The notes beneath the pieces are model-generated. The model was not told the origin of the DNA and did not search any database. It worked only from the letters and a program-made list of their open reading frames with translations. Of a DNA stretch of 64,000 bases, positions 32,074 to 41,538 are shown one piece after another. The stretch lies in the NCBI GenBank assembly GCA_000004985.1, contig GG738899.1. One strand, 5' to 3'. The DNA comes from Naegleria gruberi (taxonomy: Eukaryota). The stretch's first letter is position 1; each line of letters starts with the position of its first letter. The translations under genes and the position numbers were made by a program.

Positions 32074-33315
32074 TTAAATTGGAATAGATTGGATATTGGT
32101 AACTCTTCTCTGACCATTGATTCCAACAAGATACAACATTCCATTCACACTTGCATAAATTTCAACTGAAGTTCCACTTTCTCTTGGAACTTGCTTTACA
32201 ACTTGACCATTTTCAACATTTACAATTTGAATTCCGTCTTTCAATCCAATTGCAATTAAAGTTCTCTTATCATTGAGTGCTGCAAGGTTGGTTTGGAAGT
32301 TTGGGCTAGCAAGTTGCATGGCTTTGGTGATGGAAGGAAACTTTTGGGTTGCATTCAACTTGTAAATGGAAAGTGGACTATTTTCTGCTTGTTCATAACA
32401 GTATGATAGGAAGGTGAGTTGAATTTCTGATGTAGAATATCCTAAACCATGACAACTTTCGAATTCTCCAGCCAACCTACTTGGTTGAACAATGTAGTTG
32501 TTTTTAATCGAGTAGAAGGACAACAAATTGTTATTGTAAATGATTGAAAACCATCCATTTCCTGCATAGGCCATTTTGCCATACTCAACTGAATCATTTG
32601 ACCAATCATAGTAATTGAATATTTTGCCACTACTAACATCGAGTTCCATAAATGTATTTCTAGCCAAGAAGTAAACCACACCATTGTCTTGTCTAAATAC
32701 CAAATTACTAGAAATTGTAATTGGAGTTTTCCATACAATGTTCAAAGAATTGGTATCAATTGAATAAATGAATTGCTTATCTACTGAAACAAGCAATCGA
32801 TTAAATTGAGGAGTAAGAATGAGTGAATCGAATTTTGATAAAGGTGGAAGTGCAATTTCTTGTTGTTGTAAGGTAAAGCTTTTGAAGTTAAACTTGTTGA
32901 TAGAAATAGTTCTGGACTTGGACAAAAAGTAAACATTTCCCAAAGAATCAACTACTTTGGAACTGACTAATAGACCAATTCCTGGTCCTGTCATTTGAAA
33001 TTTTGCATAATTTCCAGAATTCATGTTCAATACCAATAGTTCATCAACTGCACGAGGTGAATCATAATAATGACCAATCATGAATCCGTTAAAAGAATCA
33101 ATAACGACATCTTCTAAAATATGTGAAAAGTTGCCAGTAAGCCATGGATTGTGCTTTGTAGAATAGGCTGCCAAATTGGAGTGAAATTCGTCCAAACCCT
33201 TTTGAGTCCAAGCATTGGAGACAACACATTGGACGCAGGATGCAACCATCAAGCAACACAATAGCAATGCAATGTTGCGCATATTTTTTTTGTTTCCTCT
33301 CGTTCCAGTTATCAT
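32074..33315 (-). CDS. Secreted hypothetical protein (413 aa) with a cleavable signal peptide; possibly a beta-propeller-like fold.
   Basis: ATG at 33313-33315; signal peptide MRNIALLLCCLMVASCVQCVVS; no named domain. Confidence 0.5.
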   Translation of the reverse strand: MITGTRGNKKNMRNIALLLCCLMVASCVQCVVSNAWTQKGLDEFHSNLAAYSTKHNPWLTGNFSHILEDVVIDSFNGFMIGHYYDSPRAVDELLVLNMNSGNYAKFQMTGPGIGLLVSSKVVDSLGNVYFLSKSRTISINKFNFKSFTLQQQEIALPPLSKFDSLILTPQFNRLLVSVDKQFIYSIDTNSLNIVWKTPITISSNLVFRQDNGVVYFLARNTFMELDVSSGKIFNYYDWSNDSVEYGKMAYAGNGWFSIIYNNNLLSFYSIKNNYIVQPSRLAGEFESCHGLGYSTSEIQLTFLSYCYEQAENSPLSIYKLNATQKFPSITKAMQLASPNFQTNLAALNDKRTLIAIGLKDGIQIVNVENGQVVKQVPRESGTSVEIYASVNGMLYLVGINGQRRVTNIQSIPI

Positions 33316-33512
33316 CTTCGCTGAGATAAAAGAAACTCCGACAGATGTAGAAGCATGAACTGCAAAGATCAGCCGGGGTTACTAACTCCTTTGAGGGGGA
33401 ACATTTCTCTTTGTACGTCTCTACATGTTCGTATGTACAATTATTACTGGAAGATTAAATGAAATTCGGATGTATTGTTGCTATAAAGAAGTTGTTTTCA
33501 TTATGAACAACA

Positions 33513-33584
33513 TCCCGTGTAGTCCAATGGCTAGGATACCTGGCTTTCACCCAGGAGGTCCGGGTTCAATTCCCGGCATGGGAG
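33513..33584 (+). tRNA. tRNA-Glu (anticodon UUC), copy 1
   Basis: TCCCGTG-TA-GTCCAATGGCTAGGATAC-CTGGC TTTCACC CAGGA (anticodon loop CTTTCAC, anticodon TTC) -GGTCC-GGGTTCAATTCCCGG-CATGGGA-G. All stems pair. Followed by AATTTT. Confidence 0.85.
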
Positions 33585-33682
33585 GATAATTTTAACCTGT
33601 CTTGATAAATTCTACAGTCTTTTGCTTGTGGTTCCGAATATTTTTTCTATGTGGCTTAATTTAAAATTAATATTTAAAAAAA

Positions 33683-35173
33683 ATGATCACACAACCAAAA
33701 CATTCCATCACTTCATTTTCGAAAATACAAGAAAATAGTCCATTCTCTGACGATTCACTCTTTGAAATTTTATCTTTTCACGATGATTTTAAATTTATTG
33801 TACAGAGTTGTGCATTGGTTTCCAAACAGTGGTTTCATGTCATTAAAAATTCATGTAAACACCTCTCGATAACACGTAATAGTGATTGGGAAATGGTTGG
33901 TCAATTGCCGTTTTTGGAAAATATTGCAAATCTAAGAGTGATAAATAATGAAGTTGGATTTAATTGTGAGATATTGGATTCGATGAAAGAATTGAAAAAA
34001 CTCAATTTAGAAAATAATTCTAATATTCATCCAAGTGGATTCAAGTATATATGTTCATTGGAACAATTGACTGATCTTTATATGACTTTCTGTTATTTTA
34101 GATTGCCTATTGCTAAACATTTACCATCGTTGAAATCACTAACTTATCTTCTTATTACGGGTAATTATATTGGTGTAGAAGGAGCCAAGTATATTGGTGA
34201 AATGAAGCAATTGAAACAACTTCATATTGCTAATAATAATATTGGCCCGGAAGGAGCCAAGCATATTAGTGGCCTTGAACAATTGACTATTCTTAATATC
34301 CGTGCCAATGAAATTACTGTGGATGGAGCAAAATTTATTAGTGAAATGAAACAGTTGACTGTCCTTAACATTATTGGCAACGATATTTGTGACGAAGGAG
34401 CTAAATTTATTAGTGGAATGAAACAATTAACTAATCTTGATATTTCTGTTAATAATATAGGCGAGAACGGTGCCAAGTATGTTAGTGAAATGTTGAATAT
34501 AACCAAACTCAATATTGGTTTTAATTCTATTAATGATTGTGTTGAGTGTTTTGGCAAAATGAAACAATTAACAGATCTTAATGTGAACAGTAGCTGTATT
34601 GGATTGTGTGGAATAGTTTTCATTTCGTCATTTAATCAATTAACTCATCTTTCTATAGCTAGTAATAGTATTTCAAATTACGAGGCAAGTCACATTAGCC
34701 AAATGAAAAATGTAATTAAGCTTGACATTTCTGATAATCGTATTGGGGATAACGGAGTCCAATCTATAAGTGAAATGAACCAATTAACTGAACTTAATGT
34801 TTCTAGTATTGATATTACACCAATAGGTATACAATATATCTGTAAAATGGATAATTTAACGTATCTAATAATTGCTCATAATAACATTGGAGTGAAAGGT
34901 GCAAACCAAATCAGTGAAATGAAGCACCTAGCACAGCTTTCTATCTATAACAACGCTGTTGGAGATGAGGGAGCCAAATTTATAAGTGAAATGGAACAAT
35001 TAACTTTTCTAAATATAGGTTCCAATGAAATTGGTGACGAAGGCGTTAAAGCCCTAAGTGGAATGAAGCAATTAACAGAACTTAACACAGTTGATAACAA
35101 TATAAGTGAAGAGGGTGAAAATTACATTCGAGAAATGAATTTGACAGATCATACAGGTATTTATGATGTTTAA
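33683..35173 (+). CDS. F-box-like / ribonuclease-inhibitor-type leucine-rich-repeat protein (496 aa)
   Basis: The N-terminus LFEILSFHDDFKFIVQSCALVSKQWFHVI is F-box-like. It is followed by about 14 repeats of 24 aa of the NNIG-EGAK-IS-MKQLT-LNI type, i.e. RNI-like LRRs. Confidence 0.7.
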   Translation: MITQPKHSITSFSKIQENSPFSDDSLFEILSFHDDFKFIVQSCALVSKQWFHVIKNSCKHLSITRNSDWEMVGQLPFLENIANLRVINNEVGFNCEILDSMKELKKLNLENNSNIHPSGFKYICSLEQLTDLYMTFCYFRLPIAKHLPSLKSLTYLLITGNYIGVEGAKYIGEMKQLKQLHIANNNIGPEGAKHISGLEQLTILNIRANEITVDGAKFISEMKQLTVLNIIGNDICDEGAKFISGMKQLTNLDISVNNIGENGAKYVSEMLNITKLNIGFNSINDCVECFGKMKQLTDLNVNSSCIGLCGIVFISSFNQLTHLSIASNSISNYEASHISQMKNVIKLDISDNRIGDNGVQSISEMNQLTELNVSSIDITPIGIQYICKMDNLTYLIIAHNNIGVKGANQISEMKHLAQLSIYNNAVGDEGAKFISEMEQLTFLNIGSNEIGDEGVKALSGMKQLTELNTVDNNISEEGENYIREMNLTDHTGIYDV

Positions 35174-35229
35174 GGGAAATGAACTTGATCAAGATTAAAA
35201 TTCTATGAGTCCCTCATCAAGGAAGGATT

Positions 35230-36380
35230 TCAATTTGGCAATTTGCTCCTGTTGTTCTGATGATAATTCAGTTTCAGTAGTGGTACTTGATGGAGAAGAT
35301 TGACTTGATGATGAAGTGCCAATAATTTAGATTGTTTCATTTCGAATTGTTCTTGTGAAATGATTCCATTCTCCAAAAGTTTCTTGGCATTTGAGGTGTT
35401 TCTTGGAGAGGTTTCAACCTTTTTTGGTTGTCTCATTTTGAGGTTTTCCATAGAGTTTGTCAAAATTACACACCTTGATTTTTGACCCACCATTGTACCT
35501 TGTTATTTATTGCTGGATTAGCTCAAAGTTACAATTTGCATCATAAACTCCAAATGCAGGAAACAATTCAGGTTGGTTTGGAATATTTGAAAAGGCAACT
35601 CCATAATTAACACCATTGATTGTATAGGATATTTTACCATCTTTAAATTCACATTCAACAATTGATCCATCTTGAATTTGACTGGAATTATTAGAATAAC
35701 TTTTGTTTGATTCTCCATTCTGAGAATAAATGGTTCCACTAGCAGCATACAAATAATATCCACATTTAGAAAAATTATTTGTTTCGTTTACATTAATACT
35801 TTTAGGTGCAAATCCAATTAATAGTTTAGAACAATTAGATATGAGTTTAACTTTGAAATGATTTGATTTTGTTCCTAAAACACTTGAACTCCAATCAGAA
35901 GTGTTTTTTCTCTTTAGTATAGTTGGTGTTTCCAAGACAAGATTTGCAGAACAATACTGTGGATCAAATACTACTGTTTTTGAGTTTCCTTAATTTGAGC
36001 TACTTGTATCATTCTCTAAAATAATTCCATACTTGGATTTGAGTAAACTTCTTCCTTTAGGTGGAAGAATTTCATAAATTGGTGTAATTTGATAATAGAC
36101 AACTTCTTCCAAAAAACCCAGAAGGTCATTCCCATTCAAATTTTCAACTTGGTCCTTGATGTCAATTCCTCAAATAATTTAAAATCAGTTGAAACTGCTC
36201 AAAAGGTCTATCAACAAAATAGGCATTGTCATCTTCCTCAACAGTTGGACTAAAATGATCATTGAAATATCCAGTAAAGAATGTATCCTTCACACTCTTC
36301 AATGTTTGTAAGCTAGTGGAGAATATCTTCCCACCGACGTTTAATTTTACCACTTGATTCTTTCCCAATTTACTTACCAC
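35230..36380 (-). pseudogene. Disrupted BTB(T1/KCTD-type) - SPRY-like - SHOCT-like locus; probably a decaying gene.
   Basis: ORF 36162-36380 encodes the N-terminal half of a T1-type BTB domain (VKLNVGGKIFSTSLQTL ... YFVDRPFEQFQLILNYLRN) and ends in TGA. The rest of the T1 domain (GIDIKDQVENLNGNDLLGFLEEVVYYQITPIYEIL) continues in the +1 frame. It then runs through a single in-frame TAA into the ORF 35507-35935 (GYYLYAASG ... SIVECEFKDGKISYTINGVNYGVAF). After another TAA come two SHOCT-like motifs (KKLLENGIISQEQFEMKQSKLL and IAKLKSFLDEGLIEF) in different frames. No canonical GT-AG introns rescue the frame. Confidence 0.4.
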
Positions 36381-36665
36381 AGAGGCAGTGAATTATTTCG
36401 ATTTTGTTACAAGGAATCTTATCCAAATCCAAATACAAAACAAATTATTTTCACAAGACACTTCCAACCCTCAAACTTTATGAATTGATTATCAATAATA
36501 TTGCTTTCCTCTTTGAGAAAATGGAGTTTGTCATATTTTGGAAATTGAGATGCAATATCTGTATCTCCACTGCGGAAATCCTGAAATTAATGAACTTGTA
36601 ATTTCGAATAAATTCTGCCCAACGTTCTTCACATTCTTCTTTCAAAAAAACAAACAACCCAAGAA

Positions 36666-37214
36666 ATGAAAGCTATCATTCTCTCCATTGTCCTCCTTGC
36701 TTTCCTTGCCATCACATCAGTCAATGGTCAATTTCTCAGATCTTCCGTTTACACTGACTCCAAATGTTCAAGCACTCTCCCAATGTTGGATCTCTACATT
36801 CCAAGTACTAACTGTACTTCCAACCCAAACTGTACTGGCAATAACATCAACACACTCTTTACCACTAGTCAATGTACTTCAACTGTTCCTTCCATTGGTT
36901 CCAAGAATACTTTACAATTATCCATTTATTCCGACACTACTTGTGCTAGTGGCAACTTGGTTGTCTCACAAATCTTCCCATTGGATACTTGTGTCGTTGT
37001 TCCAAGTGTTGGTTCTTATAAGAGTACTGCCTGTAGATATTTGACTGTTTATTCTGATAGTGTCTGTACTAATGTTAAACAAACTGTCGATTTTTCTGCA
37101 TATAATGGAGTTTGTCTTTCTGGAACTAAATATGTTTGTTCTGGAGCTGAAAAGATGATTGGATCAAGCATTTTGATGGCATTGATGATGATTTTTTCAT
37201 TCTTTACTTTTTAA
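36666..37214 (+). CDS. Cys-rich secreted or GPI-anchored-type surface protein (182 aa) with internal repeats.
   Basis: Signal peptide MKAIILSIVLLAFLAITSVNG. Repeated S-x-C-S-S/T-x-P/V modules (YTDSKCSSTLP, TSQCTSTVPS, SDTTCASGNLV, YSDSVCTNV). Hydrophobic C-terminus GSSILMALMMIFSFFTF typical of a GPI signal. Confidence 0.55.
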   Translation: MKAIILSIVLLAFLAITSVNGQFLRSSVYTDSKCSSTLPMLDLYIPSTNCTSNPNCTGNNINTLFTTSQCTSTVPSIGSKNTLQLSIYSDTTCASGNLVVSQIFPLDTCVVVPSVGSYKSTACRYLTVYSDSVCTNVKQTVDFSAYNGVCLSGTKYVCSGAEKMIGSSILMALMMIFSFFTF

Positions 37215-37270
37215 AATAAATAGTATTTTCAATAACATAAAATATTAGTTGTTATTACTTGGGAAATGTT

Positions 37271-37296
37271 GCATTCATCGTGATATGGCAGTAGCC
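37271..37296 (-). pseudogene. Isolated 5S rRNA 5'-end fragment in reverse orientation.
   Basis: GCATTCATCGTGATATGGCAGTAGCC is the reverse complement of GGCTACTGCCATATCACGATGAATGC, i.e. 5S positions 1-26 with one mismatch; nothing 5S-like follows. Confidence 0.4.
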
Positions 37297-37833
37297 GTCA
37301 CTTATTGAAAATTTGAAATTTTAAAATCAAATTCAAACCATCATCTTCAAAGAAGCTGACTTGCTTGATGGTGACATATTTGGAGTTGAAGTCAACCCAA
37401 TCCAGTTGAGTTTTCAAAACTCATTGAAATTGCCTATTTATTTTTACAGAGCTCTTCACTTTTGGATAACAATACCAGTATCCTCATATTCTTCTTTCAG
37501 TTATCCACATCTGCCAACAAGTTGTAATTTTAAGACCAATATGTGATTATTGTCGGATGGTTGGATGGCAATTCATATGACTTTTCAACTGAGGATGATC
37601 TAGCAGCAACCTTCATTTCAGCTTCAAAATCCAAAACAAAATAACAGAGCTTTTCCTTGATATCTCTGATAATTTCTCTTTCAGCAGTTGAATAAGTAAC
37701 CTCTTTCCATCAAAATTTTCATCAAGTAATCAGTCAAGTCACAACCAGCCAAATCCAATCTCAAAATGGCGTATGGCAAGGTATAACAGTGTGTGAAACA
37801 CCGTCACCAGAGTCCAAAACAATACCAGCACTC

Positions 37834-39951
37834 TTATTGTTTTGTTTCATGTGGTTTCAACCTTTCTATAAATGTTGAAGAGTTACTACTACTGTTATTA
37901 GTTAAATAGAGCCATTCTTTAGCCCTTGTAATTGCAACATAGAATATTCTATCCTCTTCTCCTTCATGGACAATTTGTTGCTTTTTCAGTTGTATTGGAT
38001 CTGATTTCTTGATAAGTGGCATGACACCATCTTGCACTTCTGGTACAAAAACATGTTTCCATTCTCTCCCTTTTGCTCTGTGGACAGTGCATATGTGAAT
38101 TCCCTTTCCATCTGATGAGTTATTATATGTTTCATCATTAAATGAAATAAGAGAATCAATCAGATCAGAAGTAACTAATTCATCATTTAAGCCCAATCCA
38201 TCAATTATTAGAGGATCGTCCCAATTGAATTTCTTTTGAATTGTTTCAGCAAGTTTTAAAAAAGTTGTGTTTGCTAAACCTGCTGCCAATTCGTTAATGA
38301 CTGTAAAGAAACGGATGAATTTCTCTAATTTGTCTTTCTTAGGTGCTTTTCCTTTTGTAGGTACTTTCGTACTAGGAGTTTCCTGATCCTTTAAATATTG
38401 TAAATATTTTTCAAATGATTTCTCTCCAATCCCTTTAAAATAGATGAAATGCTTAATAATCCATTTCATTGATTTTGTAAATTTTTCATCCTTGATTTCC
38501 ACACCATCACATATCAACTTCATCAGATTCAACATTACTCGGGTATCATCCTTGGCATTCTTTGAGATTGGAATCTTTTTGTTCTTGAGTATACTTTCCA
38601 ATTCGCTGGTATTAGTACTTCTTCTCATTAGTATGGCAATATCATTATAAGATACTCCCTTATTATTCAATATTTGAATTTGATTTGCAATATATTGAAA
38701 TTCTCCATCACGAGTACTAAAATTGTTTAAAGTGATAGCATCTTGGGAATCGGTTTCTATTGAATTTTCTGTTGATGTTTTCATAAATCGATTAGATGCT
38801 AACACAATTGACTTCATGCTTCTATAGTTTCTTCTGAGCTTTAATATTGTTGCAGATGGGAAATCTTCCATAATTTTGTCAAATATCTTTTCTTGAGCGC
38901 CTAAGAATGAATAGATTGCTTGATGTGGATCTCCAAATACTGAAAATCTCGTTTTCTCTCCAATAATCATTTTCATAAATTTATACTGAACTGTGGATGT
39001 ATCTTGAAACTCATCAATTAAAACATCTGAGTAATGTTGTTGATAAAAATCTCTTGAACCTTGATGATTACTCGTTAATATATAGCAAGCTTCTCTCATA
39101 AGTGAAGATAAAGTAAGCATGCTCTTGGCTATTTCTTCATATATAGTCAAGGCAGCTTTGTAATCTGAAGTTGCAAACTCATTAGCAGAGACTTCTCTTG
39201 CGTATTCATCTTGTGCCCAATCAACATATTTCTCAACAGTCTCTGTAAGTGTAACATTTTTCTTTTCTAATTGCTCTTTCATCTCCTTAATAATCGATTC
39301 TTTTGTTGAAATATATGTTTTTCCTTTAGCTCCGTATTTTCTGCAAATTGACAAGGCAAACGCATGGATAGTTTTTACATCATATCTCTTTTCCACTCCA
39401 TATTTTTGTAATCTTTCTTGAATTTCCCTAGTTGCATCTCTAGAAAATGTTACAAGCAAAAGACAAGCATTAGGATTAGTTTCAATAATCTTCTTGGCCC
39501 TAAATGTCAACACAAGTGTTTTACCACCACCTGGTGGTGCCTGTACAACAAGATATTTGGCAGAATCATTTTCAATAACACCAAGTTGATCGGCATCGAA
39601 CTTTGGCACCTCTACAACAGGTACAATTGCGTTACAGTCAATTGTTGCCTTCTTTTTCTTCTTTTGAAAAAATGGATGCAAAGGAAGGGATGAAGTAGGT
39701 GTTTCTATTATTGATGAAGGTGACACTTCTATTTGGCTCTGAGTATCATCGGGATTCTGTTCTTGCTCCTGGCTCGGAGAGGATGAAGTGGAATTTTCTT
39801 TACTTTTAAGTGGTTTGAAAAATTCAACCACGGTTTTTTGTTTTTTACTATCTGGAATTGTACTATTGGAAAGTGATTTGGATTTTCTCTTTAGAGAATT
39901 ATTTCCTGATGATTTTGATGAAGAAGGCAAGCTTTTTCTTCCCGAAGTCAT
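37834..39951 (-). CDS. UvrD/PcrA/Srs2-like superfamily-1 DNA helicase (about 705 aa) with a Ser/Lys-rich N-terminus.
   Basis: SF1 motifs: Walker A APPGGGKT, motif II VLIDEFQDTS, motif III GDPHQAIYSF, motif VI CTVHRAKGREWKHVFV. The track ORF starts at a GTG; the first ATG is at 39949-39951. TAA stop. Confidence 0.8.
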   Translation of the reverse strand: MTSGRKSLPSSSKSSGNNSLKRKSKSLSNSTIPDSKKQKTVVEFFKPLKSKENSTSSSPSQEQEQNPDDTQSQIEVSPSSIIETPTSSLPLHPFFQKKKKKATIDCNAIVPVVEVPKFDADQLGVIENDSAKYLVVQAPPGGGKTLVLTFRAKKIIETNPNACLLLVTFSRDATREIQERLQKYGVEKRYDVKTIHAFALSICRKYGAKGKTYISTKESIIKEMKEQLEKKNVTLTETVEKYVDWAQDEYAREVSANEFATSDYKAALTIYEEIAKSMLTLSSLMREACYILTSNHQGSRDFYQQHYSDVLIDEFQDTSTVQYKFMKMIIGEKTRFSVFGDPHQAIYSFLGAQEKIFDKIMEDFPSATILKLRRNYRSMKSIVLASNRFMKTSTENSIETDSQDAITLNNFSTRDGEFQYIANQIQILNNKGVSYNDIAILMRRSTNTSELESILKNKKIPISKNAKDDTRVMLNLMKLICDGVEIKDEKFTKSMKWIIKHFIYFKGIGEKSFEKYLQYLKDQETPSTKVPTKGKAPKKDKLEKFIRFFTVINELAAGLANTTFLKLAETIQKKFNWDDPLIIDGLGLNDELVTSDLIDSLISFNDETYNNSSDGKGIHICTVHRAKGREWKHVFVPEVQDGVMPLIKKSDPIQLKKQQIVHEGEEDRIFYVAITRAKEWLYLTNNSSSNSSTFIERLKPHETKQ

Positions 39952-40196
39952 CACGAATTTTTTTTGATTTATTTTTAATTACCTTAAACGTGATGATTGA
40001 CCATATGCAAAGGTTATTGAAATCAAGTTAATTGGATAAGCACATATTGCTCATATTAAAAGTAAATGATCATTATTTTGTAAACACCAAAAGTTGTAAA
40101 GTCAAATAGAACCCTTTTAGATCATGATGAACATTCTATCATTGATGTGGGTTGATTAGATCACCCGATGACAACTTTTTAAATAATCAAAAAAAA

Positions 40197-41381
40197 ATGA
40201 TGAACACAACTGGACCTCCCTCACTCAATCTTACCATTCACTCTGGATATTCCTTACCAAAGGCTGATTTACTTTCTTCAATTGATGCCTATTGTGTTGT
40301 ATATGTTCCATTGTTGGGTGGAAAGTTGGATATTATTAAAACCAAGGTTATTGATGATAATGCCAATCCTACATGGAATGCTGCCTTGTTTCGTACAGAT
40401 GTTGATGCCAGTCGTGATATGTTGATTGAAGTTTGGGATAAAGATGCTCTCAAAGATGAAATTGTATGTCGTGTTAATGTACCTTTGCCAAGATTGTGGA
40501 ATGAAAGATATTGGAATAATCAAAAATTTGTTTTAGAATGTTTGGGAAAGCACAAACCATACAAGGGAGCATCAGAGTGTGGTCTAGTAATTTCTGCCTT
40601 CTCTCAGATTTCTTTTGCTGATCTGGTTCAAAGAGTGAATGCTCCAAATAAGTTTGTTGATCCAGTTAAGAAGATATTGGTCTATCCAATCATTGGAGTT
40701 TTGGAAGATAAGCTTTATTTGAAGGTTTCTATCACTAAACGATTCAAAGTTTCCATTCTCGATACATCCTTGAGCAGAAATTTGGCCCTATTCGAAATTG
40801 TTGGAAGAGATGTTGGCACCAAAATCATTACAGCCAAGAGTCCAAAGACCAAGTTTGGAATTACCTACAGAAGAAAACTCAAATTGAAAAAGTGTGATCC
40901 ACATGCTCTTGCCAATCTCAAACTCCTTGTTGCTGGATTAACTAAAGTTGAATCAAAGGGTGTTGATGTAATTGTTGGAGAGCATGGATGGGCTGGATCA
41001 ATGTCCTACGATCAAGCTAAAAAGACTCTACGTAATATTACAGTGGATGAACAGAAAAAGAGAATTTTCATGAATGAAGCCAACTATGCTTACATGGTTG
41101 ACTATGATAGCTCAAATTTTGATCAAAAGATTTGGTTAAAGGAAGAAGCATCTGCCAAAGGTTATCATGCTGAATTCATTTACCATAAGGGAAAGAGTTG
41201 TGTTGTCACTTCACATCAAGAACCACAGTTACAACAACATACTGGAGCTCTCTATAGATTTAGCTCACAGGTAAAGGACTCTGAATATGGAACACCATTC
41301 AAAGAATTCTCAGTTGATTTGTACCAAAGAATCAATCCTATGCAAGTAATGCTCAGTGGAACTTATCTACCATTATTGTAA
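40197..41381 (+). CDS. C2-domain protein (about 394 aa)
   Basis: N-terminal C2 domain LNLTIHSGYSLPKADLLSSIDAYCVVYV ... NPTWNAALFRTDV ... LIEVWDKDALKDEIV. The remainder has no named domain. The first in-frame ATG is at 40197; the track start at 40152 is TTG. Confidence 0.65.
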   Translation: MMNTTGPPSLNLTIHSGYSLPKADLLSSIDAYCVVYVPLLGGKLDIIKTKVIDDNANPTWNAALFRTDVDASRDMLIEVWDKDALKDEIVCRVNVPLPRLWNERYWNNQKFVLECLGKHKPYKGASECGLVISAFSQISFADLVQRVNAPNKFVDPVKKILVYPIIGVLEDKLYLKVSITKRFKVSILDTSLSRNLALFEIVGRDVGTKIITAKSPKTKFGITYRRKLKLKKCDPHALANLKLLVAGLTKVESKGVDVIVGEHGWAGSMSYDQAKKTLRNITVDEQKKRIFMNEANYAYMVDYDSSNFDQKIWLKEEASAKGYHAEFIYHKGKSCVVTSHQEPQLQQHTGALYRFSSQVKDSEYGTPFKEFSVDLYQRINPMQVMLSGTYLPLL

Positions 41382-41538
41382 TTTATTAAATTTTGTAATG
41401 GTTCGTAATAGATTCTACCAAGAGTCAAGTTGGATTCTAATTATAATGAGATTTTCGAATTTCCCAAAAGTTGTGGGAGCGTTGAAATGGTATCCATAGT
41501 TTTTTTGAATACCATACGGCGTTAAGATCTAAAAAAAA

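Noticed and set aside
35935-36170. Rescuing the BTB locus with 13-17-nt GT-AG micro-introns (e.g. GTATGGAATTATTTTAG)
   Set aside because: All confirmed introns in this window are at least 38 nt; introns of 15-17 nt would be exceptional and still do not restore one continuous frame.
10981-40152. ORF-track start positions at TTG/GTG (e.g. 10981, 25676, 26530, 39954, 40152, 45205, 49661)
   Set aside because: The track seems to allow alternative starts and prints M. For eukaryotic nuclear genes I moved starts to the first in-frame ATG, or joined the ORF to an upstream exon.
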